A stretch of DNA of 63,944 nt, the filler included, from Intoshia linei (taxonomy: Eukaryota > Animalia > Orthonectida): NCBI GenBank assembly GCA_001642005.1. It is 8 parts of 8 records of this genome, joined end to end, with 100 filler letters (N's around TTAATTAATTAA, not from the genome) between each part and the next. Parts side by side here need not be neighbours in the genome. Positions count along the whole stretch, not along the records: positions 34,084 to 58,854 come from LWCA01000521.1; 7 more parts are not named here. One strand, given 5' to 3'. Numbering within the stretch: position 1 is the first letter of the stretch; every line of letters starts with the position of its first letter. Both the position numbers and the translations under genes were made by a program. The notes beneath the pieces are model-generated. The model was not told where the DNA came from. It ran no database searches and was given only the letters and a program-made list of their open reading frames with translations. Shown piece by piece: positions 39,915-52,900 of the stretch.

Positions 39915-40289
39915 ATGGATGATTCAGGTTCAGATTATTATCTTAAAAATTCAAATGAACATGTTATAAACAAAACTATAAACACATTTGTGGATGAATT
40001 GGACATAAACAATGAATTTTTAAAGAAATTGGTGGATTGTAAAATTTTATCCATGGAAAGTCATGAAAATATCATGTGTAGACCAAATAGGAAAGCCAAA
40101 GTAATACATTTTATTCATTTGTTTTATTTCATCATCTATAAGGTTGCCCAATTGATGAAATTGATAAAAAGTCGTGGACCAGGTGCACTAGTCAGTTTAG
40201 CTCAAATTTTGGACCAAGAAGAAAAGACACGACACTTGGCCGAAATTATTAGATATGTCAGTATTGAAGAAATAAAAAATGATACATAA
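39915..40289 (+). CDS. Small CARD (death-fold)-only protein; in-frame 42-nt intron 40101-40142
   Basis: FVDELDINNEFLKKLVDCKILSMESHENI...RKAK|VAQLMKLIKSRGPGALVSLAQIL...RHLAEII is a typical CARD pattern (RGPxA, HLA). Confidence 0.8.
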   Translation: MDDSGSDYYLKNSNEHVINKTINTFVDELDINNEFLKKLVDCKILSMESHENIMCRPNRKAKVIHFIHLFYFIIYKVAQLMKLIKSRGPGALVSLAQILDQEEKTRHLAEIIRYVSIEEIKNDT

Positions 40290-40297
40290 TAAAAAAT

Positions 40298-40641
40298 TTA
40301 TATATGAAAACTTTCGCCACATCCACAAACTCCTTTTATTTTCGTATTGTTGAAGACAAATTCACTTTTTAAGTCATTTTTTATGTAGTCCATTTCAGCT
40401 CCCAAAAGAGTCATTTGAGCCTTATTTTCAATGTAGAGTTTGTATTTATTGTTAATGTTAACTTCCTCGTCAAGTTTTTGCTTTTTATCTGCATAGTCCA
40501 AAAAATAGGATAATCCACTGCAGCCACTTGATTTTACTCCAATTTTTAGTGCTTTTCCAGGGTGTTTCGATAAGATTGTTCCAATTTGACTGGAAGCATT
40601 CTTGGTCAAAGTTAGAGGGGTTCGAAGGTTTATAACCTTTC
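40298..40641 (-). CDS. ISCA1: Iron-sulfur cluster assembly 1 homolog (main exon; short 5' exon unresolved)
   Basis: LTLTKNA...LKIGVKSSGCSGLSY...TLLGAEMDY...SEFVFNN...GVCGCGESF; AG acceptor before 40641. Confidence 0.93.
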
Positions 40642-41593
40642 CTAAGTAAATATTAACATTTTAAAACACTTTAAATAATCAGTTCAGAAACTTTTTTATA
40701 ATTATATTAAAATTTTTACGTAAACAATATTTTTATCATAAATATTATAAAATTGGGTTCAGTGATGAAAAAAATAATAATACTCATTCAGAAATTTCAA
40801 AAATTAAGATAAGAACCAGTGATAAGGAACGAATTTTTTTCTTAAATAAATTTTGGAATAATTCTGATCTAACGGATTTAGAACTTGCTTAATATGGGTC
40901 AACGGTTAATAAAAATATAGTATTTAATAATACTGTAGTTAATATTTGTCAGAGATAATGTAATGAAAATATATACATGAAAAATATATGATATTACCCT
41001 GGAGCAGTTTTTAAAAGGGGAGCACATTATTTGCGCCTTTAATTACTCGTATTTATAATTTAGAAACAAAAAATCAGTACTTTTTATAAAATTGCATCTC
41101 ATATGAACCGCGTAAAGGTATATACTGTATATGTGACCCACATTATCATGGGTCTATAAAATGATCAAATTTCTGATTTTGTTTACATATATGTTAATAT
41201 ACAAAGAGAAAGTTATAATTAGAAAATAATCTTACTAGAATTTTGTGAAGCTTGAATTATATTCATACTAATTTTTATTGCTTTCATATAGCGGAGGCCT
41301 TTATTGGTGGTGGTTTACTAATAAAAATATAAATAATATCAATACGATAAATGGAATACACCAAATATAGATTTACAATCTCGCATTTCAAAAGTAAATT
41401 CAAATTCCCAATATTGATGTCGTCATGATAACATTTAAATAAACTTTTTATATTTCAATGTCAAATTGTTTCTACAGCATTCTTTTTGTGGGTCAGGTTA
41501 AGATTGATATTGATACCTGATGTATACAGTAGGGGTGTAAATTTTAGTAGTTTTTTTTTGATATTTTATGGTGCAGGAACGGATAAAGTCGCG

Positions 41594-42025
41594 TGTGGTG
41601 ATATATCGCTATCATACTAATCGAAACCTTTGGACATCTTTTTATTTAAGATGAACTTATCAGAGTTCTTATCTGCCAATCGTTACAATACAATTATAAT
41701 ATGCATTAATCATTCTAAAGGTGTATGTGATCGAAAACAAGCTCGACACTTGGAAAAGATCAATCAATGAAGTTTGCATTCAATGAGCATAACATTATTG
41801 TCGTTACAATGGTTCATTGTTTTGTGATGGAGATGTAGTGATATATCGCTATCATACTAATCGAGATTCGAATATATACTTTTTATATAACTCACTTGTG
41901 ATGTTTAACTGGCAAAGTGGTTATAGTCATATAATTTTATTCTGTGTGGCTAGGTTCGAATCGAGATTTGGACATCTTTTTATTTAAGATGAACTTATCA
42001 GGGTTCTTATCTGCCAATCGTTACA
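41594..42025 (+). mobile_element. TRIM-like miniature LTR element (LTRs 41594-41687 and 41834-42025)
   Basis: Two TG...CA direct repeats (first one internally deleted), 146-bp interior ending in purine-rich gatggaga, 5-bp TSD TCGCG. Inserted into a repeat whose empty site is near position 60. LTR fragment also at about 30668. Confidence 0.7.
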
Positions 42026-42379
42026 TCGCGTATGACAGTTTTATGGCTACACTGAAAAAAAATCATTTTGGAGAATTTTTTGACGACACTCGCAATTTTA
42101 AAAATTTTATACAAAAATTAACATGTAACTTTATTTGCTGAAATTTAATAACTTATGATGATATATTGTAGTTATGTTTTAAGTCATCTTGTGTTGATCG
42201 TCATGTTTGGTTATTCATTTTGCATCTTTAAATTCAATTCTACCTCATTTATTTTTGTTTTTAGTGAAAATTTTAACAATGAAAAATGACAATTTTTATA
42301 AAATTATAATAACTTTAAAGTTTAAACATGGATAAAATAAAAATTAAACGAGGTAGAATTGAATTTAAAGTTCAAAGCT

Positions 42380-42565
42380 TCATTCATCTCTTAATATTAT
42401 AAGTAAAGCTGTAAATATGATCAAGTTAAATGACAGAATATTTCATCAGTTGTGTCAGGATAACAATGATGAATACATCAGGCTGCTATTACACAACGAG
42501 GTTCGCTGGTTGTCAAAGAGGTTGTGCTTAACTCGTTTTAGTAAGCTATATACTACTATAGTACA
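42380..42565 (+). mobile_element. hAT transposase fragment
   Basis: KAVNMIKLNDRIFHQLCQDNNDEYIRLLLHNEVRWLSKRLCLTRF (the EVRWLS motif of SCAND3/ZBED8-type hATs). Confidence 0.75.
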
Positions 42566-43179
42566 GTTTGCAGGTTTCCAAAGTGGTACACTAGATTTTA
42601 AATAATTTTAAATAAAATGAAGATAACCATATTTTTTTATTTTTTAACAATAAAATTAAATTAGAATATTATTAATTATCGATGATACAATAATATTCTT
42701 TATTATTGTAATAATAACTAGGTATAATAATTTAAAAAAAAAAATTTATCCCATTTTTTTCAATTATTAGACATTTGCATTTTTATCAAATGGAATAAGC
42801 TTTATCAGATTAATTTTTTTTTAATTGTATAACCATTAGTTATTTCAAATTTTTTGTTTTAATACAATAATTTCGAAATAAAAACAATTAATATTAAAGT
42901 ACGTTTTTGACCGTGAAGGCGTCATTTTAGATGACGTCATGTGAAGGTGGTCCAGTTACAGTTAAAGAAAAACTAATTAAAGTTAAATTAAAGACCTATT
43001 TCCGCAAGACGGAAATTTTAGTATTTATTTTGTTGAAAATTTTTATTTAATTTATTTTTTTCAGATTCTTTCTGGGTATCGCTAAAATTAGATAACTATT
43101 TTTAAATGATAAATTATCATTCATAATAGTTAACATCGTAAAATTTGAAAATTGTTATAATTTAAATTTAGTGGAGCAC

Positions 43180-44075
43180 ACCAGAATCGCCAGAATCAAA
43201 GTTATCAAGTTCTGTTATTATTTGAGCTCTGATTTCTTTTCGGTAATATGACTTAAAGGTTTGTATTATGCCCTGTTAACTCGGCTAAATAACACTAGAA
43301 AATAAAATGGAAACTTTTTTCGAGGATCTGCATGAGACCCACACAAATAAAAAGATGAAATATTCCTGATCAACATGATACTTCTCTTTTTAATTTTACA
43401 GTTCGGTATCAAAAGATAATGATTGACAACATCATAGCAACCAAGATATTTAAATTAATTTTAGTTTCTTAATTTTTAATTTAATTATCATATATAATGA
43501 GATATTTAAATTTTTCTTTTAAAATATATGGAATTGATAGCGGATAATTAACATACATAATAGATACTTGATAGCGGATACATGATCACATTTAAATTAA
43601 AAAAAATAAATATTAAATAAATTACAGGTGTACAAAAATTTAACTGACGACAGGCACTTTAACAGGGTGAACATCTGATATGAGCTATAATGAACTTTTT
43701 AAAGATACATTCTGATGTCTAAATCCAAATTTACGGAAAAGATTTACTTCGATATTTTTAGTTATTGATACATATATTTAAAAAAAATAAATTTAATTTT
43801 TTTTTTGTAATAATAATTGGTTGATTTGGACATTCCTCAGTACACATTGAAACAACTGTTTCTTGAGATGATAATGGCTGAGATGATGAAACTAAATTAT
43901 ATACTTTCATTAGAATTGGTAAAGTTGAACTTTTCATAGCCGGATAAGAGTAAAGGCTTAATTTATTTGTTTTTCTTCTTTTCAGAATACAGAAATAGCA
44001 GTTATTCGCACTTTCTGAATGTTTCCATATTCTAGGTCGACATTCAGTTGTGTCTAGTGTAACAGACGTATTCAC
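43180..44075 (-). mobile_element. Degenerate transposase remnant, probably the same family as 24441-25108
   Basis: IWKHSESANNCYFC...YPAMKSSTLPI N-terminal zinc-binding motif, then frameshifted sequence. Confidence 0.5.
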
Positions 44076-46937
44076 CGGAAAAATATGATATTAATATGAT
44101 TATTAATTAAGCAATGTTTTTTAAAAATTAAATAAGAACCCAAATTTAAATTAAAATTTTAAAATTAATCACTACTTGATTAAAATTGTATAACCGAATT
44201 TTTGATCACTAGCCGTGATCAATATAATCAGCTTCTACTTTATTAAATTAAATTTAAAGTTAAATTGAGTTTGTAATGTCAATACAAATTGAGCACATAA
44301 TAAAGTTGATTTGATACGATTTATTGAGATGTTATCTTATTTTTCTAAAAGGTTTAACTTGCCTCGGCACATTGTGGTTGAAAGAGTGTTGGCGGTAGTA
44401 AATTTATAATGTTAATCTTACGCATTTAGAGTATCCCATCCGTAGTAACTACAACAAGCTGTTCAATTTTACTTTGCATTATTGTTTTTAGACAAGTCAT
44501 GTACAATAACAATTTTATGTAATGTTTAATATATTGATCGAGTTTTCTCCAAAGTGGACAGCGAGATGCTAGTATTAAAATAGTTCTGGAATTGATGCCT
44601 TCATAGTCAAAACGCATATTACTTTAAAATTGACTATCAACTAATTATTTTAAAACTTTGGAAAGGTGCAAAAAAACTTAATTTACATGTGTACCACCAA
44701 ATTTTCCTATTTATTATTTTGATGTATTTTTATAATTCGAAAATTTGAAAAACATTGATAGATAATATATTAAAAGTCATTTTTGATAGCAATACGTGGA
44801 TTTTTGGAGTTAAAAATTTTTTCTCTAGGTCAAGTGGAAAAACTATTATAATGATTTTTTATTTAATTCTGGGACAGTTTTTGAATATTTTTTTCAAAAT
44901 TGTTACCAAATAAAACAAATTATTCTAGTCGTTTTTTGTCTTGAGGGCGTTAATTTTTCCTGTATACTTACTATAAAGCACTGTATTAGCTGTGATATTT
45001 TTTTAATTCTATGACTAGTTTTTTTTTATTTTTGAAACTGGGGGTTTGACCTTGAAGCTGTCAATTTCTTAGAATGAAATTTATGATACTACATCACTCT
45101 CGAAAAACTTATAATTAATTAATATAATTATAATTAACTTATAAAAAACTGTTATATAAAAAAATGTGTTATCGTTTATTTCAATAACTAAGAGTCTTAG
45201 AATTTTAACAAACATAAAATTCATACATTTTAAGTCAGCTTTTTCTTTAGGAGAAATTAAGATACATTTTAATCTCAGAAACATGCATCTATCGGTCAAA
45301 AACCCAATTAGCCTTTTTAAAAAATACATTATAAAATTTGAAAAATGGAAAATATAAAATGCCGTTAACATAAAATTTATACCAAAATTCAAAACAACTA
45401 AATTAATCAACAAACTAACGGTAAATCGCGAAATATACACTATATATACTGACTCTAGTATATACAACTAATTCTCTAATTCTGAGTACTATTTTGTTAA
45501 TTTAATAACATAACGTCTGCTCTCATTTAAGAATTATAAATCGATGATTTTGAAATACCCTTCACTATTATAAAACATTGTAGTCTAAATGTCGTGTTGA
45601 TTCTAGTTTAAGTACTAGTATTTTTTAAAGTAACTACCATCATAATCTACACATTACATTAATTTTCCGATATAAAATTATGATTTATTAATAATTTTAA
45701 TTTATATTTAAAATGTATCAATTTATTTATCTAATTTAATTTTTGATGATATATTTAAGCGTGTATAGCTCCTCTCAAAGCAATAAAAGATGTTTTAAAA
45801 TCTCGTGAAATATATTGGTGTTACAGTGAAATCATTCATTAGTAGACTGGTCTTAAAACTTTTAATTAATATTATTGTGACAATTTTGAAATGTCTCTTT
45901 TCGTGTTATCCAATGCGTAATTAAATGCTTCTATAAATATGAATGTCTAACTATTAAATGTATGTTTAATTCAAATTTAAAAAGTCGATAAATTTTGACT
46001 TGCGTAATCATTTGTAAATCAAATTATATCAACCATTTGCATATTTTATAAAATTGAATTAAAATTTTAGATTTGATCATCGAAAACCTAGAGCGCCATG
46101 GATGACTGATATAAATACGGACTATACTGTAATGACTTGTTAAATTAGTATTTATATAACATTTATAAATTATAGGGAACTCGATGGCTTCGAAAATATA
46201 TGAATGTACCAGACATTCCGCCACATCCTGATCGACCAGATATGGATTAAACTCGAACTATGCAGTATATAATTTTGTTTGTCACAATAAAATTATTCGA
46301 TCAGTGTTTTACTTTTCCACTTTACAATAACTAACTCAATTAAAACAATGTTCTAAATTAATTTAAACTAGATATCATGTGTAGCGTATGGTCAAACAAT
46401 TATAAATATAAAACACTGCCTTATCTTGACTAAATGATACGAATTACATAGATGTTAGACACAAATATATCGATATTCTCCTCAGGTAAATGAACATATA
46501 TATACACTTTTACTTATACATGTATAATTATTTTTATTAAATTCAACCAAAATATTAAATTAACGTTGGTTTTGATTTATCAATATATTGATGAGTGCTA
46601 GACATTTTGTCTCTAAATTTGCAAATTGTTATCCAAAAGTTACAGTATTAATCTAGCATGACAAGTATATAAACCATGCAAAGTTTGATAGAATAGGTAA
46701 AATAAATTATACCAAGTTTACATGACTTCATATTAATTGCCATTTATTTGTTTTTCACTATCTCAGTTGTATCGATTATTTTATACATAAAAAAATTTCC
46801 ACGCATTCGTTTGAGATACAATTGTTAATCTATGCATTTTAGAATTTATGAAATTGTGTTGAACGTTATTTAGATTTGACAAATATTTGATTAGGTAAAT
46901 TATTTTTGACGTTTACCATTTTTGTATATAGAAACGT

Positions 46938-49900
46938 ATGGCGGATTTGGAGTCAGTTTTAGCTGATGTCAGTTACTTGATGGCTATGGAAAAGAGCAAG
47001 CATATTAATTATTCTAAATATATTAAAAAAATTGTACTTCCAGATGAAAATGTACATAGTATTATGAGAAAATATTTGGCTAAACGAAATTTATTGAATT
47101 TTGAAAAAATTTTCGATCAAAGGCTAGGTACTGTATAATTTATTTTATTACTCTTAAAAATTATAATTCTCTTAGTCTTGATCAAGTTCAGGCATGATTA
47201 GTCAATATTTATTAATCATGCTTTTTATTTTTACTTTTTGTATTGTAATGAATGAATTAATATATTATATTAGGATATTTACTAATCAAGGATTTTTGCG
47301 AAATCAATCACCCAAATACACACATGCAATTAAGATTCTATGATAATGTAATTTTTTTAATGTATGAGTAATATTAATCGTTGCACTCATTTATAAAGTA
47401 CTGCATTTTACAGTAAGGTGCACAGGTTTTATGTTATACATTTTTTATTGTTTTTTTATTATATTTCATTATTTTTAGATCATGACATTCAAAACCATTA
47501 CAACTAATATTGATAGATTAAATTATGGTCGCAAAATATACGACGAATTTATCATGACAGACTTGTTGATTAATTCTCATGTAATTTTATACTTTATATA
47601 GTTTCAGTCGAGATTTTTAAATTTATTGAATTTTAAAAACATTCCGTTAGCCTTTTTTAAGTGTTAAAAACAATGAATATATAGTATATACTAACATTTA
47701 ATTTATCTTTTGTATCTTGAGACGATGAAAGTGGAGAAATTTTTTTACGGATCAGTAAAATGTGATGACTTAATTTAAAGTTTAAAAGTGGTTCTGAACG
47801 GTTGACGGATTCCTATTTCCTATTTATTCAAATAATAATAAATATTTTTAAAATTTAACACACATACACACATTTTTCACGCACTGGCAATTAGGAAACT
47901 GGTCTATACCACTTTTACCATCTAACTATAAAAAACTAGTAAAAAACACTTAAAAATTTAAAAATAAATATATAATTTACCTGTCTTCCGTGTCAGCGTA
48001 TATATTTTTTTAAATTCTCCAACTCGTTTGATTTTCAAAAAGAGGGACAACTGGGATATTTGACTAGTAAGATGTGAGTTTTGGAGGTTGAAATTATGTC
48101 TGCGAACACCCCCGGAAAAAAACTGTAATTGAAATGTGGACTTTATAAAATTCTAAGACGGGTAGTTTTTTAAATAAAGCTGAACACACACACAAACAAA
48201 AATCGTGTAGTATACATTATATAACATTATATAAGTAAGAATAAAAGTAAGTAAGATATATAGTCGTATATATATAGAGTAAGTATAAAGTTAGGACAGT
48301 GGTTTTCAACCGGGGGGTCGCAAAATTTATCAGGGGAGTCGTGAGAATTTGAACACAGTATAAAATATAAATAAAACTGAATGTGATTTTTTAATATTTT
48401 CATTTATGTGAATTGATTAGATGTTTGGAGTATATAGATAATTTTTTATGTTTATAAGGGGGGTCGCGAACACAAAAAGGTTGAAAACCACTGAGTTAGG
48501 ATGTATTTCATGTAACTTAATTTACTTCAGAATAAGAATAAAACAATAGTAAAATTTATATTCAAACACATTAAACTTAAATTTAAATTAAATTTGAAAA
48601 TCTATAGTAACATAAGTTTATTGAATTAATAATAATATTTAATTTTATTTAATTTTATTAAAAATGAAATGTCTAATTGTAAAAATTGTCAAATTGAAAC
48701 TAGATTTATGAAATCCCAGTAAAAGAGTGTACCTGGAAGGTGTTATTTATGGAATTGTAGGATGCTAACTAAGAATTGCTAATTTTTAATTTACAATTAG
48801 CTTAATTTGCAAAATGTGGCCATTTTAAAATTTAAATTACAACTGAATGTTGTAGTGATTCTGTACTGCGAAAATGTAAGTTCTATCTAAAAATTCTTTG
48901 AGTGTGCAATGCACATTATTATTTTTGGTAGTATCTATATTTTATAAATGTTTATGGTATGAGATCTATCATTAAAAATATAAACTTATTGACGCGGTTC
49001 ACAGCTTTGAAAATTAAAAAGTGCCTGAGGGATCCAAATATCTTTCTACATCAAACAATTTTTTTAAATTGAATAATGAGTGTGGAATTACTGAAAATTA
49101 GGTTATATCAGGTTTCCCACATATAAAATATACCACTTTTTATGTGTAACGAGTAAATAAGTGTAATTATAATTAAAATGTACTAGATTCTAGTTCAGAG
49201 ATGGCAAGAATTTACTGTTCAAAGCCCGCACTAACGTCCCAAAAAAAATAAAAAGGCCGCACCTTTCTAAATAAAATTTAATCAAATACAGCAGTACTTC
49301 TCATGAGGTGACTGGTATCCCTAAGGGATTAATAATTTTATTAGTATTATTTAAAAGTAGTATACTACAACAACGATTAATATTTTTGAAATGATTTTAA
49401 ATAAAAAATATTTCAAATTGTTCAGAAGGGCACAGCAAATCGTCAATAAGGCAGCACTTTTGACCATTTCTGGTCTAGTTACTAGATTAAAGTAACTAGA
49501 CTCTAATAATTACAATTAGAGTCATGACGAGTCTACATTATGTGGTTATTACATGCCCGTGTCCGTCAAAATCAGTAAATTCTTTATTAGGCTACGATCA
49601 ATACATAATGACCAGAATGCTCTCCAATTTCCGATGTATTAACCATTACGCACTGTGTCGAATCCACCGAACCCGAGGCACCTTCTAGGGCGATCTCGAC
49701 GAAATTTTTGTACAATGGGCCCTCATTTTTCTAAATTAAACATTCAAAAAATTACGTTCTTGAATATCATGATTATTTTGTGTATTAAATTTAAAATGTC
49801 TAATCGAGAGTCTTGGAGAGGTAGCTAGAGGCTATATGTCACTACGAATCGTTTGGAAATTTTTTTTATGAGTTTAGTTTTCATGTTCGGGGGCCTCGAG

Positions 49901-52900
49901 ATTAATAGGTTCGGATCTCATTGTAGATACTGTAACTATAAATACTCAGTACAGATAAAAAGAATTTCATTCGATGAACTTAATAATTTCCATTTATAGT
50001 TCAAAATGGCCGTACATTTAACTATCTAAAATTGAACATCATTATTAAACTATGGTTTTTAATATGTCGTACATTTAGTGTAGTATCATTCACTTTAATA
50101 AACCACTTATATTGTAAATTATTAACATTTTTTTTAAATGCATTTAATTTACCTCTTTTCACTTTTCTGACGTTAAAATCGACCATAACAAACAAAATAA
50201 ATAAGATTTATTACAATTATCAAAATTTTACATATAAATCCCACTCAAAAGGGTGTAATCGTACCTATGAAATACATTTTTCAAACCAGCATTATAAAAT
50301 GATAAAAAATTTGTAATGTATAATATAATAAAAATTTTTTAGCCTTTTGAAGAAGAATCACTACGCCGTGTTCAAGATGCCTATAACGACGCAAACCGAC
50401 ATAGATGTGTAGGTTTTGACATATTCGACGTAATTATATTGTAAAGAATTGCTAAAATGACATTAGGGGTACATTGAAGAGATAAGAAAAAATATCAAAA
50501 ATACTATATTCGATTCATATTTAAATAGGTACTTAAACATTTATAATTCAAATTTATAAACCAGTAACCAACTGACACAAATTATCCGAAACAGATTATT
50601 CCAGATTGATAAAGGCCGTTTAACATTTAATAAACCACTTTTCTATCATTCCTTCTACATTAATCAAATACTTTAGTGAATACATGATAAGATACTGTCA
50701 ATGGAAAAATTATGAATACAATTTGAATGTAACAAAAGAAGACTTTAGCATTCACAGAATAATAGGTAGAGGGGGATTTGGAGAAGTTTATGGTTGTAGA
50801 AAACTTGACACTGGGAAAATGTACGCAATGAAATGTTTGGATAAAAAACGTCTCAAAATCAAAAATGGCGGTCCAGAATTAGCACTACATGAAAGGAATA
50901 TTTTGATACGTGTTAGTAAAGGCGAAGTTTCACCATTTATTGTACATATGACTTATGCTTTTCAAACACCTGAAAAATTATGCTATGTATTGGTCTTAAT
51001 GAATGGAGGCGATTTGCATTACCATTTATGCCACCATGGTGTTTTCAGTGAAAGTGAAATGGTAAATATTGAGTTGGTGTCAATTGATTTAAGTTTTTAG
51101 AGATTTTTTGCATGTGAACTAATATTGGGGCTTCATCATATGCATTCAAGAAAAATTGTTTATCGTGACTTAAAGGTAATTGATTTTTTTAATTTATTTG
51201 ATTTTTCGGTTTATCAAAATTTATTTAAAGTTTCATTTTAGCCTGCAAACATTTTATTGGATGAGGCCGGTCATATTAGAATATCTGATATGGGTCTAGC
51301 TTATGATTTTTCGGAAAAGCATCCTACTTCTTGCGTGTAAGTGTGGTCTTAAGTTTGTTTTCAGGTCTAGAATCCTAAATGTCCAGTTACGGGTATAGAA
51401 AAATTATTTAAAGTTTTTCCGCAAGACGGGAATTTTGGTATTTATTTTGTTAAAAAATTTTTTTTTAATCTTTTTTCTGGGTGTCACTAATATTAGATAA
51501 CTAATTTTAAATGATAATATTTAACCTCTTAAAATTTGAAAATTGTTGTTATAATCTAAATTTTAGTGGAACACACGGGTACATGGCGCCAGAAGTTATG
51601 AGAAAAAATGAACCCTACAATAGTAGTGCGGATTGGTTTTCTCTTGGATGTGTTTTATTTAAATTAATCAAAGGGTATTTTCTTTGTACATATTATATTG
51701 CCATATATTCTTGACCCATAAACTTAGAACTTTACCATTTTACAATCGAGGCTCAGGAATGACTGAACTTGAAAGGATTGTCACCATAGTAATATACATA
51801 TATTTATATAGGTGTAATGCAAGCCTCATATTATATTAAAGTTCTATAACGTGTGTAGAATTTACATTGTAGATGAATACAATATTTTAAAAACATTTAC
51901 CTGTATAGAGCGGCGAGCAAAAAATTAAAAAAATTTATGATTACACGTACGATTTGGTACGGATTATAAAATGTATTATTGGTTGTGTAATGGTTAAATA
52001 TCTGCAAATTATTTTCGGGATGTAAAAAAATCTATTTAACTTATTAGAAAACAAAATTATAAATTATGGGGCGCATGTATGTGGAACAATTTTAAGCACG
52101 GTGGTGTGTGGTATAATTAAATAAAATGCAGGAGTATATGGTATTTATTAGGGTGGTCAGAGCACTTGTTTGTGAGGCCGAAGAATAAATTTTACAAATT
52201 TCGGTGACAGCAACATTATTATTTTCTCATCAATCCTGTCCCTTTAGTTTGTGCTCTTTCCCCAATTGAAAAAACACACATTTTCTCCTTGCACTCCTCA
52301 TTTGAATAACACGAATATTTATTAAAGTTTATTGACATACTCTTGTATTTTTCCATCCAGTGCCGAACTTACCGTACCGAGACCTCTTCGGGGGCTCGAC
52401 CAAATTTTTTGTAAAGTGGAGGCCTCATTTTTCCAAATTGAGCATTAAAAAAATTATATTCTTGAATATCATAAACTATTCTGTGTGTTAAAATTATAAT
52501 ACCATAATAATAAGTCAAGACTCTTAGAGAGGTCGTTGGGCTATAATGACACTATGCATAGATGTGAAAAAAATTTTATAGGCCTATTTTTCATTTTCGG
52601 GGGCCTCGAGCTGGGTAGGTTCGACTCTAATTACAGCTTAACTATATAATATTAATTATACTGCATTAAACATACCATGATACAATGTAATTTTATTTTA
52701 GCCTTTGGATCTACCATTATCATTTTCAACAGAAGTTAGAACTCTAATATCTGGTCTATTATGCCCCGAAATATCGTTACGATTGGGTTGTTATGATAAA
52801 GGGTAATAATTACATATACATTAAATTTTGTGGCTTCACATTACAAGTGTATTGATATATTCTATTTTATGTGTTATTAGTCTTGCTGAGCATTGTATAA

